Of a DNA stretch of 64,000 nt, positions 12,964 to 25,760 are shown piece after piece (the stretch's first letter is position 1; every line of letters begins with the position of its first letter). The stretch is taken from NCBI RefSeq assembly GCF_018350175.1, contig NC_058368.1, positions 211,732,001-211,796,000 of the forward strand. Direction: 5' to 3'. Below the pieces are notes generated by a model. It made no database searches. It was not told where the DNA came from and was given only the letters and a program-made list of their open reading frames with translations. The DNA comes from Felis catus (taxonomy: Eukaryota). Made by a program: the position numbers and the translations under genes.

Positions 12964-13348
12964 ACCTGGACTCTGAGGAGTTGACACAGCAGATTTCTAG
13001 CTGAGGATGGTACCCATTCGCTAGATAGGAGGGTAGAGACCTGGTGTTTCAGGGCTCTCTTCCCTGCTGGTCCCCAGGCAGCCGGTTGGCTCAACAGGAA
13101 GTTCTATTGACCCCATCTGGGGTTGTTCTACTGTAAAAGAAATGTGAGGGGGACCAAGTGAAGGAAGCCTGTGCTTTCTGACAGTTCAAGAGTAAAATTA
13201 CCTCAGACCCAATAACGCAAAGAATTTATCAACAGTCAAGAGCTGAAAATGATCATGAAATAAACTTTCTTTTCAAAAGAACTTTCTATTAAGGAAAGAA
13301 ATACACGCTCATTGTAAAAGTGAAAAAGATGTTAGAAAGGCAAAAGAA

Positions 13349-14045
13349 GGGGCGCCCGGGTGGCTCAGTGGGTTAAACATCTGGCTTAGGTTTAGGTCAT
13401 GATCTCATGGTTTGTGAGTTCGAACCCCATGTCAGGCTCTGTGCTGATGATTCCAATCCTGGAGCCTGCTTCCTATTCTGTGTGTGTGTGTGTGTCTCTC
13501 TCTCTCTCTACCCTCTTTCCCCTTGCACTCTGTTTCCTCGCTCTTAAAAATATATAAACATTTGGGGCGCCTGGGTGGCTCAGTCGGTTGAGCAGCCGAC
13601 TTCGGCTCAGGTCATGATCTCACAGTTCGTGGGTTCAAGCCCTGCACCAGGCTGACAGCTCAGAGCCTGGGGCCTGCTTCAGATTCTGTGTCTCCCTCTC
13701 TCTATCTCTCTCTCTGCCCCTCCCCTGCTTGTGCTCTGTCTCTGTCTGTCTCTCTCTCTCTCAAAAATAAAGCATTTAAAAAAACGTTCATGGGAGCACC
13801 TGGGCAGCTCAGTTGGTTGAGCATCCGACTTTGGCTCAAGTCATGATCAAGCAGTTCATGAGTTTGAGCCCCGCATCGGGCTCTGTACTGACAGCTTGGA
13901 GCCTGGAGCCTGCTTTGGATTCTGTGTCTCCCTCTCTCTGCCCCTTCCCTGCTCATGTTCTGTCTCTTTCATCTCTCAAAGATGAATAAACGTTAAAAAA
14001 AATTTTTAATGAAAATAAATAAATAAACATTAAAAAAAAAAAAAA
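13349..14045 (+). mobile_element. Three tandem/nested CAN-SINEs (heads near 13349, 13564, 13792)
   Basis: Three tRNA-like heads, each following the previous A-rich tail; stacked tails at 13980-14045. Confidence 0.95.
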
Positions 14046-14059
14046 GAAAGGAATAAAGA

Positions 14060-14480
14060 AGAAAAGAGTATCACCAAAACATCATCACCCAGACATAAGA
14101 TACAGTTACCATTTTGGTGTATTTCTTTCAGTTTATTTTCTATTAAAAAGAAAAAGACAAGAAAAAAAATTTAAACTTTTTTGAGAACACTGGAGTTTCT
14201 GCTAAATTTATATAGATTATATAAATACTACATGACGTATTTTTCTATATCTTAACGAGATCTTTTACTGATGCCAAAAGTATTTCATTGAATGAATATA
14301 TTAAAATTTATTTATGCATTCCCTTCCTATTGGACAACAAATGGGCTTCTAATGCTTTTTTTTTCTATTATAAGTAAGGAGAAAAAAATCTAAGTATTCA
14401 ATTCTCTGTTTATAGCTCTGATAATTTCTGTATAATAAATTCCTAGAAGTGATATTACTAGGTCTCTTACATACTTTCTA
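14060..14480 (-). mobile_element. Old L1 fragment (L1M-type)
   Basis: T-rich, with 'accattttggtgtatttc', 'tatttcattgaatgaatata' and 'taaattcctagaagtg...attactaggtc'. Confidence 0.5.
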
Positions 14481-14599
14481 CAATTTCCCTGGGTAGCTCA
14501 GTGATTCTATCACCTTACTCTGCTTCCAAAGTCAGTTTCTCAAACAAAACAAAACTTTGATATTAGCCAAAAATAGCATTGGCATAATTCCCCTCTAAT

Positions 14600-15490
14600 G
14601 GGTAATACAATCAAAATGCAAAAGATTTTGGTGGGCTGGAACAGTAACTCAATGTTACAAATGAAAACTCTTGCGATAAAACCTGGCATTTAAGTCACCA
14701 GACAGAATGGCTGAAGTACAAGATGGAGGGAATGTAACTTAACAATGATTGTGAAGAGTAATATAAATCCAGTATGAATCCTACCATCTTAGGTCATAAT
14801 AATAGAGTTACGGAGTCCAAAACTGGAAGGTGATATGCTCTGCTCTGTGTGGCCAGACCCACCCTGAGGACTTGACTTCACACTGTAAAGGGAACAGTTG
14901 CCTGTGGTCCATGTTGAGGGGAGAGGTTAGAATAAGGGACCTGGAGTCTGTGTTCTCTCGCTTCTCTGTGTTGTGACCCGATAGCTATGTCTACCTTATG
15001 TGACACATGTCCCCTGTCCAGGCTAACTGGTCCAGGGGTGGGTGTTTGGAGTCTCCACAGGAAGATGACATTTGGAACTTGGAGACACGGGAAGGAGAGT
15101 ACTGATCTGAGTTGTGTGTGCAGGGCTGTAGTAAGAGAACCATGGACCCCGCCCTGAATTCCTAGAAGCTGCTTCCTCCGATATCGGGTGTCTAATTCTT
15201 CTCCTGATCCTGAGGGACATCTCAGGAAAGCTAACCAGAGCGGTTTCTGTAACTTACAGCAGAAAAGAAAGAGCCTTAATCAGAGAAATACTGAAACTAT
15301 GGTGTTTATTCTGGAGGAGAAAAGACTCCGAGGGAACATGAGAGCGGCAGCCCCATCAGACTTACTCCACGAGGCCTCCAGGGGCAGAAGTAGAAGATGG
15401 GAAGAGCGGCTTTCAGTTAGTGCAAATGTCCACTCACTTTTGTGCAATCAGGCAACAGGACCGTTGTAAAGGGGTCCCAGCATCAGACAT
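14600..15490 (+). mobile_element. L3/CR1 fragments (~14600-14930 and ~15280-15490)
   Basis: 'tgctctgtgtggccagacccacc' and 'gtttattctggaggagaaaagactccgagggaacatgagagc' are typical of the L3 RT 3' region. Confidence 0.5.
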
Positions 15491-15499
15491 TACTAGTTT

Positions 15500-15696
15500 T
15501 TTTTTTTTTTTTAATTTTTACTTTTTGAGAGAGAGAGAGAGAGAGAGAAGGGGAGAGAGGCAGAGAGAGGGAGACAGGATCCAAGCAGTTTCCTCGCGGT
15601 CCGCTCGGAGCCTGATGCAGGGCTTGAACCGGAACTGCGAGACCATGACCAGAGCTAAAGTCCAATGTTTCACTGACTGAGCCGCCCAGGAACCCC
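15500..15696 (-). mobile_element. CAN-SINE
   Basis: TSD cattacta(g/c)tttt at 15488 and 15701. Confidence 0.93.
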
Positions 15697-15798
15697 TGGG
15701 CATTACTACTTTTAGAGCATTGCTGTAGACAACCCACCTTGTTTATCCTCTCCCTGTTCAAAGCCATCTAGGACTCTCGGAAGGTAGTTCTGGGGTTT

Positions 15799-15817
15799 CC
15801 GTGCCCCCTAGTGGACA
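15799..15817 (-). promoter_or_regulatory. Candidate CTCF site
   Basis: Reverse complement reads gtCCACTAGGGGGCACgg, close to the CTCF core consensus; motif only. Confidence 0.6.
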
Positions 15818-15987
15818 AGGACAAGAACTTAATATACTCTCCTAAATAGCGCTCCTTCCAGGCTTCAGGACGCATAAAATAAGCAAAATATTAAGAGTAA
15901 ATAAAATAAATAATAAAATGATTTCGTGAATTTGGGGATGGTTCACATTGCCTGCTCAATGTTTTGATTCTCTTAGTAGTATAGTGT

Positions 15988-16361
15988 TGTTATGCCCAGA
16001 ATTCGTGATCCCCAAAGACCACCAGGGAGCTGAGTCCGATGCAAAAGCAAAGAGCCTTTATTCGAGCTAGCTTGAGCTCAATCCCCTACCTGCACCGACG
16101 AAGCGGTGAGATACTGGGGAGAGAGAGAGAGTTTCAAAAGCACAGAGGTTTTATTGGGGTCTAGGGGCAGTTGGTGAGGTAATGGCTGTGGCCTCAGCCG
16201 ATTGGCTGGGGAAGGGTTGTGGCCTCAGCCGATTGGCTGGGGAAGGGTCGGAGTCCTGTTACGCAGGTTGCCGGGCATGTTTTGATCGGGAAGTTACTCA
16301 AGGTGGAGGAGGACAGAACAAGATGGAGTCGGCTGAGGTAGGTCCGACTTTCGGTCTTTCG
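15988..16361 (-). mobile_element. Young gammaretrovirus-type solo LTR (felid ERV1)
   Basis: Minus strand starts (c)GAAAGACC (cf. TGAAAGACC of MLV/FeLV-type LTRs) and ends ...gggcataaCA; perfect 4-bp TSD gtgt at 15984-15987 and 16362-16365; AATAAA; CpGs retained. Confidence 0.9.
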
Positions 16362-17347
16362 GTGTCAGGAAAGTTTATAAAATTGCTTGCCTCTCCCCAC
16401 TACTCCCCCCATAAGTGTCTCCACCCTATCGTCTTACATACATCCCCTTTCCAGTCAGATGAATTTGTCTCCAAGAGCAGATCTGAATCGCATCACGAAA
16501 GGACAGTTCTACACAGCTCCACATCCCTCTGGTGCTCATGGAAAAAAAAGAAAGAAAGAAAGGACAGTCCACTTATTAGACAAGGACTCTTAGGCTTGTC
16601 TCTTCTACTTCCTTGTTCCTGTTCTTGGGGAATAACCTCATTGTCAAGACACATCACAGAACCTAAATGACATCATCTGAATCCCCACTGGAGTTGTCTA
16701 AGAGTCTGGAGAATTTAATGTTCCACCTCCAGCTGGTTGGAGCTTCTGGACAGAAGGCTTTGAATAGAACAGATTTGTTTGACAATACTTTATTCTCCAG
16801 GTTTGCAAAAGCCACCCTTCCATTGGTCAGTCTTTGGGGCATTTTGACGGGACTCTGAGTTTTTCTGAATGGAGCATCATTTAAAAAAAAAAAAAGCCTA
16901 CAACCTCATTTAGAGAATCTTGAAGAAATACAAAATGGACCCAATGTCAATGGTTTACTTTAAGCCATATGCTTCCCAAAACTCCAGGAAGGGAGAATGA
17001 GTCTGGTGCTAACCTTGCTGACTACAGAGTGAGCCCCTGAATTTAACAAATGAGGGAGCAGGTGTAACTGGGCCTCTTGTCTTCAGCAGTTGCCTGCTCC
17101 AGGTTGATGGATTATCTGTCCACGGTGTTCTGCTACAGCCCCAGGAACTGGTAAGTGACAGTCACTTAGACAAAAACAAGTCTGTGTCCGATGTGGCACA
17201 GACTGCAACCGTTTCAAAGCTATACACGAAATAATTTCAGGAGTGAAGATCTCGGGCAGTGTTTGTATATGTATTTGGGAAGATTCACTGACCTGGCTTG
17301 TCACCATGCGTGATTCACAGTAGGATATCAAAAATATTTGCAGAGTT

Positions 17348-17518
17348 GGGGCACCTGGGTGGCTCAGTCAGGTAGGTGTCCAATTTTTGATTTGGGCTCA
17401 GGTCATGATCTCACGGTTCGTGGGATCGAGCCTCCTGTCGGACTCTGTGCTGACAGTGTGGAGCCTGCTTGGGATTTTCTCTCTCCCTCTCCTTCCCTGC
17501 CCCTCCCCCACTCATGCT

Positions 17519-17587
<69 letters not shown>

Positions 17588-17604
17588 ACATTTAAAAAGG
17601 CTTT
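17348..17604 (+). mobile_element. CAN-SINE with (CT)n and (TAAA)n
   Basis: TSD aaaaatatttg(c/t)agagt on both sides. Confidence 0.95.
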
Positions 17605-18285
17605 AAAAATATTTGTAGAGTGACTAAGAAGGAGAGGTGGGGGTTGGGGTGGGGAGGGGTTACAGACTCTCAGACTACGAGACGCCTTAAAGAATGTCTA
17701 ACCCAGCAGATTTCAGAGTGCTCTGTGAACCTGGCGGATTTTAAAGAGCTGTCGTATGTTTCATTCCAATTTCATTTTTAAAATCTATTTTCACTTGTGA
17801 TTAAAAGTGCTATTAAAATGCCTACTTGAAATTATTGATGCACTCAAATGCATGAGCTGATGCTGTTTGGTTAGCTGGTGGTTTGGGATTTGTTTTGTCT
17901 TTGATGACCTCAGATTAAAACCTGCTCTGACCCAGTTGAAGAGTACTCTGAGTTGGTTAGGCAGTTATTGAAAACAAGTGAAGGAAGGCAAAAGAGAAAA
18001 AACAAACAAACGAAAACCAAGCAAACAAAAGGAAAGAAAGAAAGAAAAAGACTAGTAGTTGCAAACACGTATGTGTACGTCAGGATTTTTGTGATATAGG
18101 GCAACCAAAAATAAATACACAGATAGCCTTGTTTGATGACTTTGTATTAATCCGACATGCAATTGATGTGTTTATGTACATGAAGTTACACTGCATTTTC
18201 GCATTTTTCTATAATAGAGTTCTAAGGGCAAAATTGGGTGTGGCTAACAAATAATTAGAAAAATCTCCAAGCCAACCCCCTCATT

Positions 18286-18523
18286 TTTTTTTCAACGTTT
18301 TTTTTTTTGTTTATTTATTTATTTATTTATTTATTTTTGGGACAGAGAGAGACAGAGCATGAACGGGGGAGGGGCAGAGAGAGAGGGAGACACAGAATCG
18401 GAAACAGGCTCCAGGCTCTGAGCCATCAGCCCAGAGCCTGACGCGGGGCTCGAACTCACGGACCGCGAGATCGTGACCTGGCTGAAGTCGGACGCTTAAC
18501 CGACTGTGCCACCCAGGCGCCCC
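18286..18523 (-). mobile_element. Young felid CAN-SINE inside a MIR
   Basis: Near-consensus and CpG-rich; TSD ccaaccccct(c/t)atttt; MIR core 'tttacagaagaggaaactgag' follows. Confidence 0.97.
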
Positions 18524-19927
18524 AACCAACCCCCTTATTTTACAGAAGAGGAAACTGAGTCACAGGGTAGTGACAACCCCGCCCTGGTCACTCACTACTA
18601 TCTGTAGCCAAGCCAGCACTTGCACTTAAGATTTACTTCTTGCAAATCATCCCTATTTTTTTTCCTCTTAAATGTAGTCTAGTTTTGTATGGGTCCTCTT
18701 GCTGGCAAATGAATCCAGTTATCTAACATGAATTTTCTTTGGTTGGGGGCAGGAAAAAATGTTACCAAACAGCCTTGAGTGTGTTTTTGAATTAACCCAT
18801 AGAGGCTGAAAGGACCATGGTTAGGAGCACAAAGCCACTGACTCATTGCAACATTGGGAAAGAGGTTTGCAGCTGCAGCAAAACCACAGGTCTATTGTCT
18901 GGCCTCTGCGCCCCTGCAGAGAGAAGGCTTCCCCAGTGCTTGTGCTGAAAGCCTTTTTGTAGTTCCCAGCTGAGTCTGTCAGTGTGGTTTTGTTGGGCGC
19001 TCTCTGACAGGGTGAAGGGAGGAACCTGCAAGAACACGTACTTAATCCCTCCACCCCCCAGCCCACTCTTTCCCTCCTTCAGAATCACCCCTGGGCTGAG
19101 ATCACAGAGGTGGAAACTGAGGCTGAGAGAAGAGGGGTTCCCTAGATCACAGAGGCACCTGTGGGCAAGGCAGGGCTGAGAGCAGATGGCTAGCCTTGTC
19201 CTGCAGCCTGTCTTCCATCTCAAATGGGGCCTCCACACACGCTCTGATGCGGCTTTTCAGAAAGGACGGCAGCTGGGGGGAATCTCATCAGGTCCCAGAC
19301 GGGCGATGGTGGTTTCTATAGGCATAGATTTCGTGTTTCTAATGGCAGGTAGTGGCAAGTTGGACTTTCCTTTGTGTGTTTACCCTATTCATTCTGCAGA
19401 CTGTTGTTATAGCCGGGCCGCCCTGTCTTCTCCTTTCCTCTCCTGATCCCTCCGGAACCGTCTAAACCCCATTGTTTGGCCCTCTCGTCCTGTATGAAAT
19501 CTTGTTCTCACCTTTTCCTTACATTCCAGTCCTTCCTATGCTCTCAGATGACTCACCGTGCTGACCTCTTACTGATCTCACTGGCTCCCACTGATCCCAT
19601 CTGTGCGTCACTGGCCATGATCCTAATTGGCACCATGAGCAATGCCCACGCACGGGCAGAAAGAGCCCACAGGTCCTTATGAGGATGAAGAAAAGAGCCA
19701 ACCTGCAAGCCACACACAGTTGTGCAACAGGCTAGCTCTGCCAGTCCCCTGCTCAGAACACAGTATCTGTATACTCCCTACTGGCTGGGGTTAGAGCCGT
19801 TCGTAACTGGGCCCCAGTCTTTCCAGTCGTCAGTCTCACTAGATTTTTTGTATCTGTGCCCCCCACCAAATGTTACTGGAACCAGCCTTGCTATGCTCCA
19901 CCTTTGTGTCTTTGCTTCGGACTGATC

Positions 19928-20281
19928 TGTTATGTTCATTACGTAAGGAGGCCATTAGACGGAGGTGGCTCTAAGGCCTTGGCAGCCTATGTAAGCAAAG
20001 CCAAACCTAAGCCTGTAAACAAAAGCCTCCTAACTAAGAAATCAAAACCTAAGTACAACCAGCCATAAACAGACAACGAGGCTTCTCTACATAAGGCAAC
20101 CACTTAAGCTACAGCGTATTGATAATTTCCTTGCTTTGCTTCCTGCACCTTCTCCATAAAAACCTTGTGCCCCTTGGTGGAGCACCTCTAGCCACTTCTG
20201 GCTCGGCACTACTTGATTCTAATCAATGTTTGTGCAAATAAAAATGAAAAATGTTGACATGTCCCAGTTTACCTTTTAACA
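19928..20281 (+). mobile_element. ERV1 (MER4-group, MER57-like) solo LTR inside an L2 fragment
   Basis: TGTTA...TAACA termini, AATAAA near 20237, TSD-like gatc / gttc. Confidence 0.7.
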
Positions 20282-20993
20282 GTTCCTTCAGCTTGGAAGG
20301 CTTTTCTGCCTTATATCTGCCTGTCAAAATTCTTCTGAACTCCTAGGCTCAGTGAAACGTCACCTTCTCCAAAGAGCTTGCTCCCGGGCCTAGATGTGGT
20401 TACTCCTTCCGTCCCTCGCCAGAGCATCACATGAGGTCATGTGGGTGGGCACGAGGACCGGGCTGCACACATCCTGACATCACCGGGACCCCAGGCAAAA
20501 TATGGAAGGTCTAGGCCTCGGTCTCCTCCTGTGCGTGAGGAGGAGGAGCCTTATGTGTGAGGAGCAGAAGAATTAATCCACATGAAGGGCTTTGAAAAGT
20601 GCTCAACAATTAGAAAGCATTTAGTAAATATCGATTTGACTGTTTCATTAAATAGGCTGCTTTTGTTAAATGGGCAATGAAGAAGGTACTTTATTTCTCT
20701 AACTGTTCCTACAAAGCCACTCCACAGATTCGTGGCTGTCTGCCCCTCTGAGGAAGCGCCAGGCAGGTCCCATCATGTTTCTGGTTACTTTTCAATACCA
20801 AAAGTCCAATCCAAAGTGTGATAATCAAACAATTCTTGGGTATCAGTCGAATCGTCAACGTCCTAAATGTCTACTACCTTGAAGGGTCCCCTTGTCCTAC
20901 CTTTCGCTAGCTGGACAATCTGCTACGGGCACAGGACATGCCTGGTCCCCCCGTGTCACTACTGTTCACTGGCCGGTGCCGTGTGCGGGGCAG

Positions 20994-21400
20994 TGGGTCA
21001 GTCTTCTGGGGCTGCCATGATAAAATGCCACAGAATGGGGGGCTTACACAACAGAAATCTATTGGCTCACTGTTCTGGAAGCTCAAAGTCCAAGATGGAA
21101 GTGCTAGTGGATTTAGTTTTTCCTAAGGCCTCTCTCCTTGACTTGCAGATGCCTGCCTTCTCTCTGTGTCCTCACACGATCTTTTCCTCTGTGCACGTGC
21201 ACCCCAGTGACTCTTGTGCATTCAGATGTGCTCTTCTCATAAAGACACCAGTTGTATTAGATTTGGACCCACCCCTAGTGGTCTTATTTACCTTAATTAG
21301 CCCTTTAAGGCTCTTATCTCCAAATACAGTCCCATTCCGACATTCTGGGAGTTAGGACCTCAACATACGAATTTCAGAAGAACACAATTCATCCCACAAC
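20994..21400 (-). mobile_element. MaLR LTR (MLT1A/B-like)
   Basis: 'gggctgccatgataaaatgccacaga...ccaaatacagtcccattc...gaacacaattcatcccacaaca'. Confidence 0.85.
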
Positions 21401-23040
21401 AGGCAAGAAGGAAAGGTATGGGGACAAGAAAGGTCTTTCTTGCATGGACAGTTGCGTCGGGCTTTGGTGGTCTCAGCACGTGGCAGATGTCCAGACTGGA
21501 CTCTTTCTGTCGTGGACAGTCATGCATGGTCCTCACAGATCTCTCATAGGACCTTCCACTAGAGATCCATTTAAGCAGCCATGTCTCTGCCCTAGCTGGC
21601 TGCTTCCAACTCCCCACTCAGTCCCCTGGGCTTTGGGTGTCTGTCCCACTGTCGAGTCCAGGCAGGCCTTTTGGAGGAGTTCTGTTTTACAATGCTGTCT
21701 GATCCTCCCAGGACTGCACGCATTGCCCTGTCATTGATGGATACACAGCTTGCTCCCAATGCAACCATTGTTCTCCCTCCTGCCCCCTCCAACCGGACCT
21801 GAAAGATGGATGTCTCAGGCGGGTGTGACACAAAACCTGATGTCCTCTAGACCTCCGGGGACATATGCCAGGCACATATTCTCTGGTGACTTTCCCTTTC
21901 AGTCCTCCATATAAGTACCCCAGACTTCGTCAACCTCAACCCTCAGTAGATATTTGCTAAGGTGAATTTGAGCATGGTATGTGCAGAGTTTCACTCTGCT
22001 ACCTCTCTGCACAAGCAGGGTCAGGTCCAGGGGTTGGTTACTTTCTCTCAAATCTGGTCTGCAGAGTTGACATTTGTCATCCTTGCTGAGGTATATCACA
22101 GAGAGGGCATACAGGGAGAAAGCAGCAAAGGAGGGCATTTTCTAGGAAGTAGCAACATTTATTATCTTGATTTGCTTTGGAAGTTATTTTAGAGAGGCAT
22201 ATATTACCAGCTGGTTCCAGAGTATGCTTTGCTGATGTGGCAGGATACTTATTTAAGAGTTGTAAATTTATGTTTTATTTCTTCTGTAAGAAACAGGTGG
22301 TACTTCTTTGCTTAAAGGAAGGTTTACAGCAGATTGCAAGCAGACATTGCCTGCAAACCATCTCCTCGTAGATTTGTTTTTCAAATGCCTAAATCCATTG
22401 AGGGGAAGGGGCTTGAGAGAGAAAGAACCTCTGAGGGAAGCCTGAAGGTCAGGGTGGGTTTCAAGACCAGCTTAGGACAACCAGAAGTGCTGGGGTCATG
22501 AGAGTAACAGATATTCATGTGCTGGTTCCTGACAGTGTCTTGGGGATGTGAAAGGAACTCAGAGGGATGGGCTTCGTGGGGCATCAGAAAGACTTAGCCA
22601 GGTTCCTCACTCCCCATCCTCCCAAAGACACTTTTCTTTCAAATGCGGCACAAACAATACCACAGTGGGCCAGACAGGGTCATGGGAGCTGGCACAAAGG
22701 ACATCTCAGTGATTCTCAGTGTGGACAGATGACCAATGATGGTAGGGGCCCCCCAGTATGTTGGTGGAACCCAAAACCCTGGTCCTTTGCCTTCTTCTGG
22801 GGTTGAGTAGAACAGGGTGCAGCTCCAAGAAGAAGTTTAATTTTCCTTGGATCTTGAAGCAGTACATAGGCTGAGTTATAGAAAATGCAGACTTTTAGTA
22901 TTTCTCACATCCTAGAGTTTGGGGACTGAGATTCACTTCCATTGTATTATTTCAGAAAAGAGATTTATTTGGTCTTGAGTTTTTTCCCCAAGATATCCAG
23001 CTTGGTCAAGGAGCAGAGGATTTCTAGCAACATGGACACG

Positions 23041-23057
23041 GTCACCATCTAGTGGTT
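23041..23057 (-). promoter_or_regulatory. Candidate CTCF site (weaker)
   Basis: Reverse complement reads aaCCACTAGATGGTGac; motif only. Confidence 0.4.
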
Positions 23058-23449
23058 ATACAACATAATAGTATTTGTCTACAGACCGAAGAGAAGCTCA
23101 ATATTCTGTATTTTGCTCGTCTCTGGAGAAATTCAAAATAGGAGAAAGATAGTACATAAAATAATAAAGATGGGAAAGATTACCTATTCCACAAACAGGG
23201 TTTCTAACGAGGTCGAAAACTGGAGAGGTGAAACAATAGAGTAGCATTATAATTCTAGGGTCTCCCAGCCCCTCTAGAAATTACAAGCATTTAAATAAAT
23301 GTGTTAGTAAGTTTACAGAGTAAGGAAAATATATATAATGAAATCATCATGATTATCAAGTAATTCCCCAACCCCGTTCCTATAATTTCCAGGCAAGAAT
23401 TGCTGTAACTTGCATGGGGAAGGGCAGTGCAGGCGTGTGGAATGAACAT

Positions 23450-24420
23450 TGTGTTAAAAGTCCATGCTTATGTTCTGGTGTTTCCCAACATCCATTCTCC
23501 ACTTCTTTAGAAATATATCCCCTGATTTTTAGCTGTCAAATTAAATTGCAGAATAAAGAATAAAGATCGAATTTCCCAGCCTTTCCTGCTGGTGGGAGAC
23601 TAGAACTTTGTTCTATTCTTATCTGTAACTGGGTCTGAGTAGCTGGAAACGTGAGCATGATGGCTGAAGCTCAAGGAACCATTCTGAATGGAGAAGCGGA
23701 AGAATTTGTTGAAGATGGCAGACCATTAAGAGAGAAGTTTCCGGGGGTCTTTGATAATTAATGAGCTGCCATGCCAACCCTATACTGTTTATCTCCAGAC
23801 TTACTTTACATGAAAGACAAATACATTCCTATCTTGTTTAATGTAGCATCTGATACCTGGAAATGGCTTTTTGAACATCGCAGAAAGTAAATTATTAGTA
23901 ATGATTTATTGGAAGTGGTAAAGAAGAAGGCAGTGAGGATTCAGACACTGCCAACTGAAAACATGAGATCTCTGTTACTCAGCAAAATGTTAGTTAAAGG
24001 TCACCCGCTGTGCTCTGAAAGGCTGTAGAGCAAACTGAGGCTGCAACTTTCATTAAAAATTTTCTGCCAGACCATGGAAGACAGTACATTGTCAGAAATC
24101 AGCTGAAGAAAGCTGTCTTCATACCCACACGTGGTTTCAGAGGCTATAAAGTAGACCTCCATTCAGTTAAGCCATTTTGAGCTGGTTTCAGAGTATAGAA
24201 ACTAGGAAATCAAACAACCATTAAAACAAAGTCTAGAAGAGTTGTGATGGGCTCTTGGGTAATGGTGGCTGCTTGAGTCTGACGTCTCCACATATCCTTC
24301 CCCCAACCCATAAAGTCATCTTGGAGCACAAACGACATCACGCATGCTCCAAACCTGCAGCATCACTAGGAGACTATCCCAAACTCCAAATTGTAAACAA
24401 AGCATTAAGCACCTTATATC
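23450..24420 (+). mobile_element. Old MaLR LTR (MLT1J/K-like) plus probable internal-sequence remnant
   Basis: 'gagcatgatggctgaagctc...gaagatggcaga...gagctgccatgccaaccct...atctccagactt'; extent of the internal part is uncertain. Confidence 0.5.
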
Positions 24421-24544
24421 AACAGAGATATTGTGGGAGCATCTGTGGGGAGGTGAGCTGGGAGAAGGAAGTCTTGCCACCGTGGGGAAGGCATCAGCAA
24501 GGGCTGGGACAGGGAGGGTACCAAAGCCTCAGAGGAGATGGTTT

Positions 24545-25760
24545 CTAGAGAAACAGATAAAGAAAGAAATGCCGGAGGAGGGAAGGAAAGCAATTAGAGG
24601 CATGAGGATTGGAACAGAAGTAAAACTATGTTTTTATGTAGCTGACGTGATAATATAACTGGAAACTCTAAATAATAATGCTTAGAGCAATGCAAAAAAC
24701 TGCAAGAATCTAGCACTGTGGCAGGATGTACAATTAACACGTGCAAAACCAATCGCCTTGAAGGGCGTATCACCTCTGCCATATTATTCTTTTCCCAAAC
24801 CCATAACCCGAGTCTGGGTGCAAGAAAAATATTAGACAAATCCAAATTGAGGGGCATTCAGCAAAATGCCTGACTAGTACTCCCCAAAACTGTCATGGTC
24901 ATGAAATATCAGGAAAGATAAAAAAAAATTGTCACAGACTGGAGGAGACTAAGGAAACAGGACTACTAAGGGTACCGTCGTATTCTGGGCAGGATCCCAG
25001 AACAGAAGGGACATTAGGGGAAAAGCTAGTGATATCCAAATAAAGTCTGATTTTGGCAGCAGTGTAGAAATGCTGGTTTTTTAGTTTAGACAAACATAAC
25101 ATGGTAATTGTGAGATGTTCACCCTGGGGAAACTGGGTATGGTGTAACTTTTCCATAAAGCTAAAACTACTCTAAAACTAAAAGTGTATTACAAAGAATA
25201 AATGGCCTTCATATACCCAAATAATAACCAGTTAGAAGAGAACCCCTAGGAACAATAACTGCAAAAAAATTAAATACTTAAGAATAAATAATCAGAAATG
25301 TGCCGAATCCAAATGAAGAAAACAATAAAAATTCTCAAAAGGACACAAAATTAGCCTCAAACCCATGTAAAGATATCCCCGTTCTTGAATGGAAGGATTC
25401 AACATGATCCCCACAAGTAGATCTATAAATTTATCTCAATCCCAATAAGAAATCTCGACAGGCTTTTGTTATGAGGCTAGACAAGTTGATAGTGATGTTC
25501 ACATGGGGGGGGGGGGGGAAGTGCAAGAATAGCCAGAAAACACTGAAAAAGAAAAGGTACGGTGGGGGTGGGGGTGGGGACGTCTACAAGACATTAAAAC
25601 ACCTAGTCCAGCTTCTATAATTGAAACTGTGGTACTGGTACATGCATGGACAAACCAGTGAAATAGGACAGAGGCCAGAAACAGACACGAATACATGCGG
25701 AAATTGTGTAAATGATACGGGCATCACCTACAATCACCGGCTGGCACAAAGATGGAACTT
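24545..25760 (+). mobile_element. Old L1 ORF2 remnant containing an L1MC-type 3' end (~24755-25190)
   Basis: ORF2-like 'gcaggatgtacaattaacac' and 'ttgaatggaaggattcaac'; L1MC-like 'gacaaatccaaattgaggggcattc...cacagactggaggagactaagg'. Confidence 0.7.

Noticed and set aside
13349..13440. tRNA-like A/B boxes here and at the other SINE heads
   Set aside because: They are tRNA-derived SINE heads followed by CT tracts and A tails, not tRNA genes.
16187..16248. 31-32-bp direct repeats here and at 36649-36722 as a CRISPR-like array
   Set aside because: Only two units each, inside retroviral U3 regions of mammalian DNA, with no spacer series or cas genes.
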